64,000 nucleotides of DNA from positions 585,445-649,444 of the forward strand of contig NIVC01000365.1 in assembly GCA_002269645.1 (NCBI GenBank). Reading direction: 5' to 3'. The translations under genes were made by a program, and so were the position numbers. This document shows positions 61,310 to 64,000 of this stretch, one piece after another; position 1 is the first letter of the stretch; each line of letters starts with the position of its first letter. Origin of the DNA: Macrostomum lignano. Taxonomy: Eukaryota. The notes under the pieces were generated by a model. The model saw only the letters and a program-made list of their open reading frames with translations. It did not search any database and had not been told where the DNA came from.

Positions 61310-61880
61310 TTCTTTTTGCGACTTACCTAATCCTTTTTGCGACTTACCTAATCCTTTTTGCAACTTACTTAATCCTTTTTGCAACTTACCTAATCCTTTT
61401 TGCGACTTACTTAATCCTTTTTGCGACTTACCTAATCCTTTTTGTGACTTACCTAACCCTTTTGCGACTTACCTAATCCTTTTGCGACTTACCTAACCCT
61501 TTTGCGACTTACCTAATCCTTTTGCGACTTAGCTGATCCTTTTGCGACTTACCTGATTCTTTTTGCGACTTACCTAATCCTTTTTGCGACTTACCTAATC
61601 CTTTTTGCAACTTACCTAATCCTTTTGCAACTTAGCTGATCCTTTTGCAACTTACCTGATTCTTGTTGCGACTTACCTGATCCTTTTTGCAACTTACCTA
61701 ACCCTTTTGCAACTTACCTAATCCTTTTTGCGACTTACCTAATCCTTTTGCGACTTACCTAATCCTTTTTGCGACTTACCTGATCCTTTTTGTGACTTAG
61801 TTTGCTTCTTTTGCGACTTACCTGATCCTTTTTGCGACTTACCTGATTATTTTTATAACTTAGTTTGCTTCTTTTGCGAA
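61310..61880. repeat. 20-21-bp minisatellite
   Basis: Unit ttttgcgacttacctaatcct. Confidence 0.9.
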
Positions 61881-62573
61881 TTGTTTTTCTTTTGCATCAC
61901 CATTTTCCCTGAACTGCACTTTCTTTCGCTTTCCTCTTGCCTTTCTTAATTCTTGTGTTTTTCTGTTTTTGGTTGACTCAATTTTGCGACTTACCCCTAG
62001 TCAGCCACGATTTACGGTGGCTGGATCGGCCAGGTCAGCCAGCAGTTGCGCATGTATGCCGTTACAACAATCTTATCATCCTTTGAAATAAACAAAGTTA
62101 GTTTGCTAACTTGTGATTTCTTTTCATTTGAAACCATTGTCAGTTTTTATGTTTTATAACTATTTTAAATGGTGATTGTCATTGTTTAATATGATTGTAA
62201 ACTGAAAGAATACTATATTTTCTATTATTGTAAAATAACAAACTTATCAAATCTTTCATTTTTACCAAATGTGAAATGTATCTGTCATAGAAGCAACTTG
62301 TTGAAGCAACAAAATGAGTATTTGTTATTGAAATATCTATCACTAAAACAATTTGTCATTGAAATGACTTATACTTATATGTTATATACAAATAAATAAT
62401 CCTAATACTAGGGCCTAGTCTTATCTTTTAAGGTCTAAATATATTTATATCTTTACAATATAGAATTAGTAAATATTGTTTAAAATAAAGAATAAAAGTA
62501 TTTAATGAAGAGCCAAAATTGAATGAGAATAGATAATATATTTTATATAAATAGAGAATTTATTTTGCCTTAC

Positions 62574-62775
62574 CTTACTATCTTCATCATGGATGACATA
62601 CATAATTGTCACTCCATGCATTAAAGTGTTGGATAATCATCTTGGCTCCTTTTAAAGAACTTGTTTGAAAGTTTCTATATTGACAATGATGGCCAGAAGA
62701 TTCAAGGTGTATCAATTTACTAAATCTCAGGATACTTGAAACAGATACCTGATAAATTCTTCCAGCAACAAACAT
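62574..62775 (-). pseudogene. HAGH: HAGH exon 1 (mitochondrial presequence plus internal Met) carrying an apparent 2-bp deletion
   Basis: MFVAGRIY..KGAKMIIQHFNAWSDNY[frameshift]YVIHDEDSK|gtaagg joins ESAVVDP across a 9.06-kb intron; the exon is 202 nt but needs 204. Confidence 0.75.
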
Positions 62776-64000
62776 CAAATAGAAAGAACAATAATATAGC
62801 TAGCTAAGTCAAGTAGTGGAACTAGTGGCTATATTCAGTTATTTATAATCATAAGTCACAGATTTTTCTAATTTCGTGAATCGAATAGGCCTGGGCCTAT
62901 GGTTATTTTTAAAGTAGTGGATAATTAACTAGTTCAGATATAAACAGTATAAAAAATTAAAAATAGCAAAAATTAGATAAGAAACGTGCAGAGTCTAGTT
63001 TACATGGTGCATGGGTCGTTCTCAAAGCTAGGTCACAACTTTTTGTTATTGCAAAAAAAGTTTATACATCGACAATAATCGTACAAAAAAAATTATTTCG
63101 ACAATTTCTGTAAGAAGCTGCTACTAAAAACAAGAAACTTGAAATTGAGAAGAAATCAAGGCTATTTGTTATTCTTTGTTGCGGAAAATAAACGACAAAA
63201 ATATAAAGAGATTTTCTTCTATTTTTATTTTAAATATGCAGTTAAATTTCTTTTGCAAAAATAAAAGAACAAGAAATTGACAAAGGAAATGTTTTTGAGC
63301 ACAGCATTTTGTTACTCTGCTCTAAATCCCAGACATTTAAAATTATCGTGTGCGAAAAAGTGCGAAATTATTATAGCATCACTCGAAAGGACTTCGATCA
63401 GTTTAACTAATCACTGAATTAAGAAGTCTAAATAAGTCTTGAAAAGTTGAATTAAAAATCAAGTTTTCACTATGTATCTTTTCAAAGTCAAGATGATTCG
63501 ACAAATAAAGAATGTTCATTTTTACGGTGAATAGAATTGTTCATTTTTACATTAAATATATAATAAAATCTAACTAATTAAAGAAAAGTCAGGGAACTAT
63601 CCTTGAACACCAAAAAGCACATTGTGGATTTAATATCAACTGCATGTTCCTTAATAAAGGAATTCGGATTCTATATATATTTGATTATTTGTAGCATAAT
63701 TTCTGAAAACATAACTTGCTTGATTTTACTTTAAGTACTTATTACATTAATACTTATACCAAAGCTGCATGTACTTAAAATAAAAAATTATAGTTTACTT
63801 ATTAGACATTTTACTCCAATTAACTTAAAATAATTCAAATTTATTTAATCAATTCATTTTTTGAAACTTTTGGAAAATAGACAAAATTGAATTATTTAAT
63901 TACCAAAAACCTACTAGCTTAACTAAAATAGCAGTTAGTCTTTAAAAAAAGATTTCACTTGTTAATTGAGAAAAATGAGGGTGTGCGAGGTGTAAAAATG

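Overview
Eukaryotic (metazoan) genomic DNA with GC3-rich exons, AT-rich blocks and a different minisatellite in almost every intron or spacer. This style fits the flatworm Macrostomum lignano (inference only). 1-12.7 kb is a mobile-element nest: a decayed RNase H-bearing LINE, a Gypsy gag/LTR remnant, a putative RFamide neuropeptide gene, and an apparently intact 6.7-kb EnSpm/CACTA transposon (7-exon accessory gene plus 766-aa transposase) inserted into a LINE that itself splits a 22-bp minisatellite. 13-63 kb holds two runs of minus-strand genes separated by a plus-strand M6/proteolipid gene. The first run is HAGH > NAF1 > RPS2 x3 > MPV17L2; the second is UBXN7 > MRPL33 > tandem-RING gene > DNAJC16 > an unknown coiled-coil gene. 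Most of them have a splice acceptor just before the ATG, which suggests trans-spliced operons. Highlights: a triplicated intact RPS2 cassette, a minisatellite made of 16 copies of a real splice acceptor, a covarying LINE 3' hairpin, and single disabling lesions in MPV17L2 and HAGH. All calls were made by eye; no searches were run.
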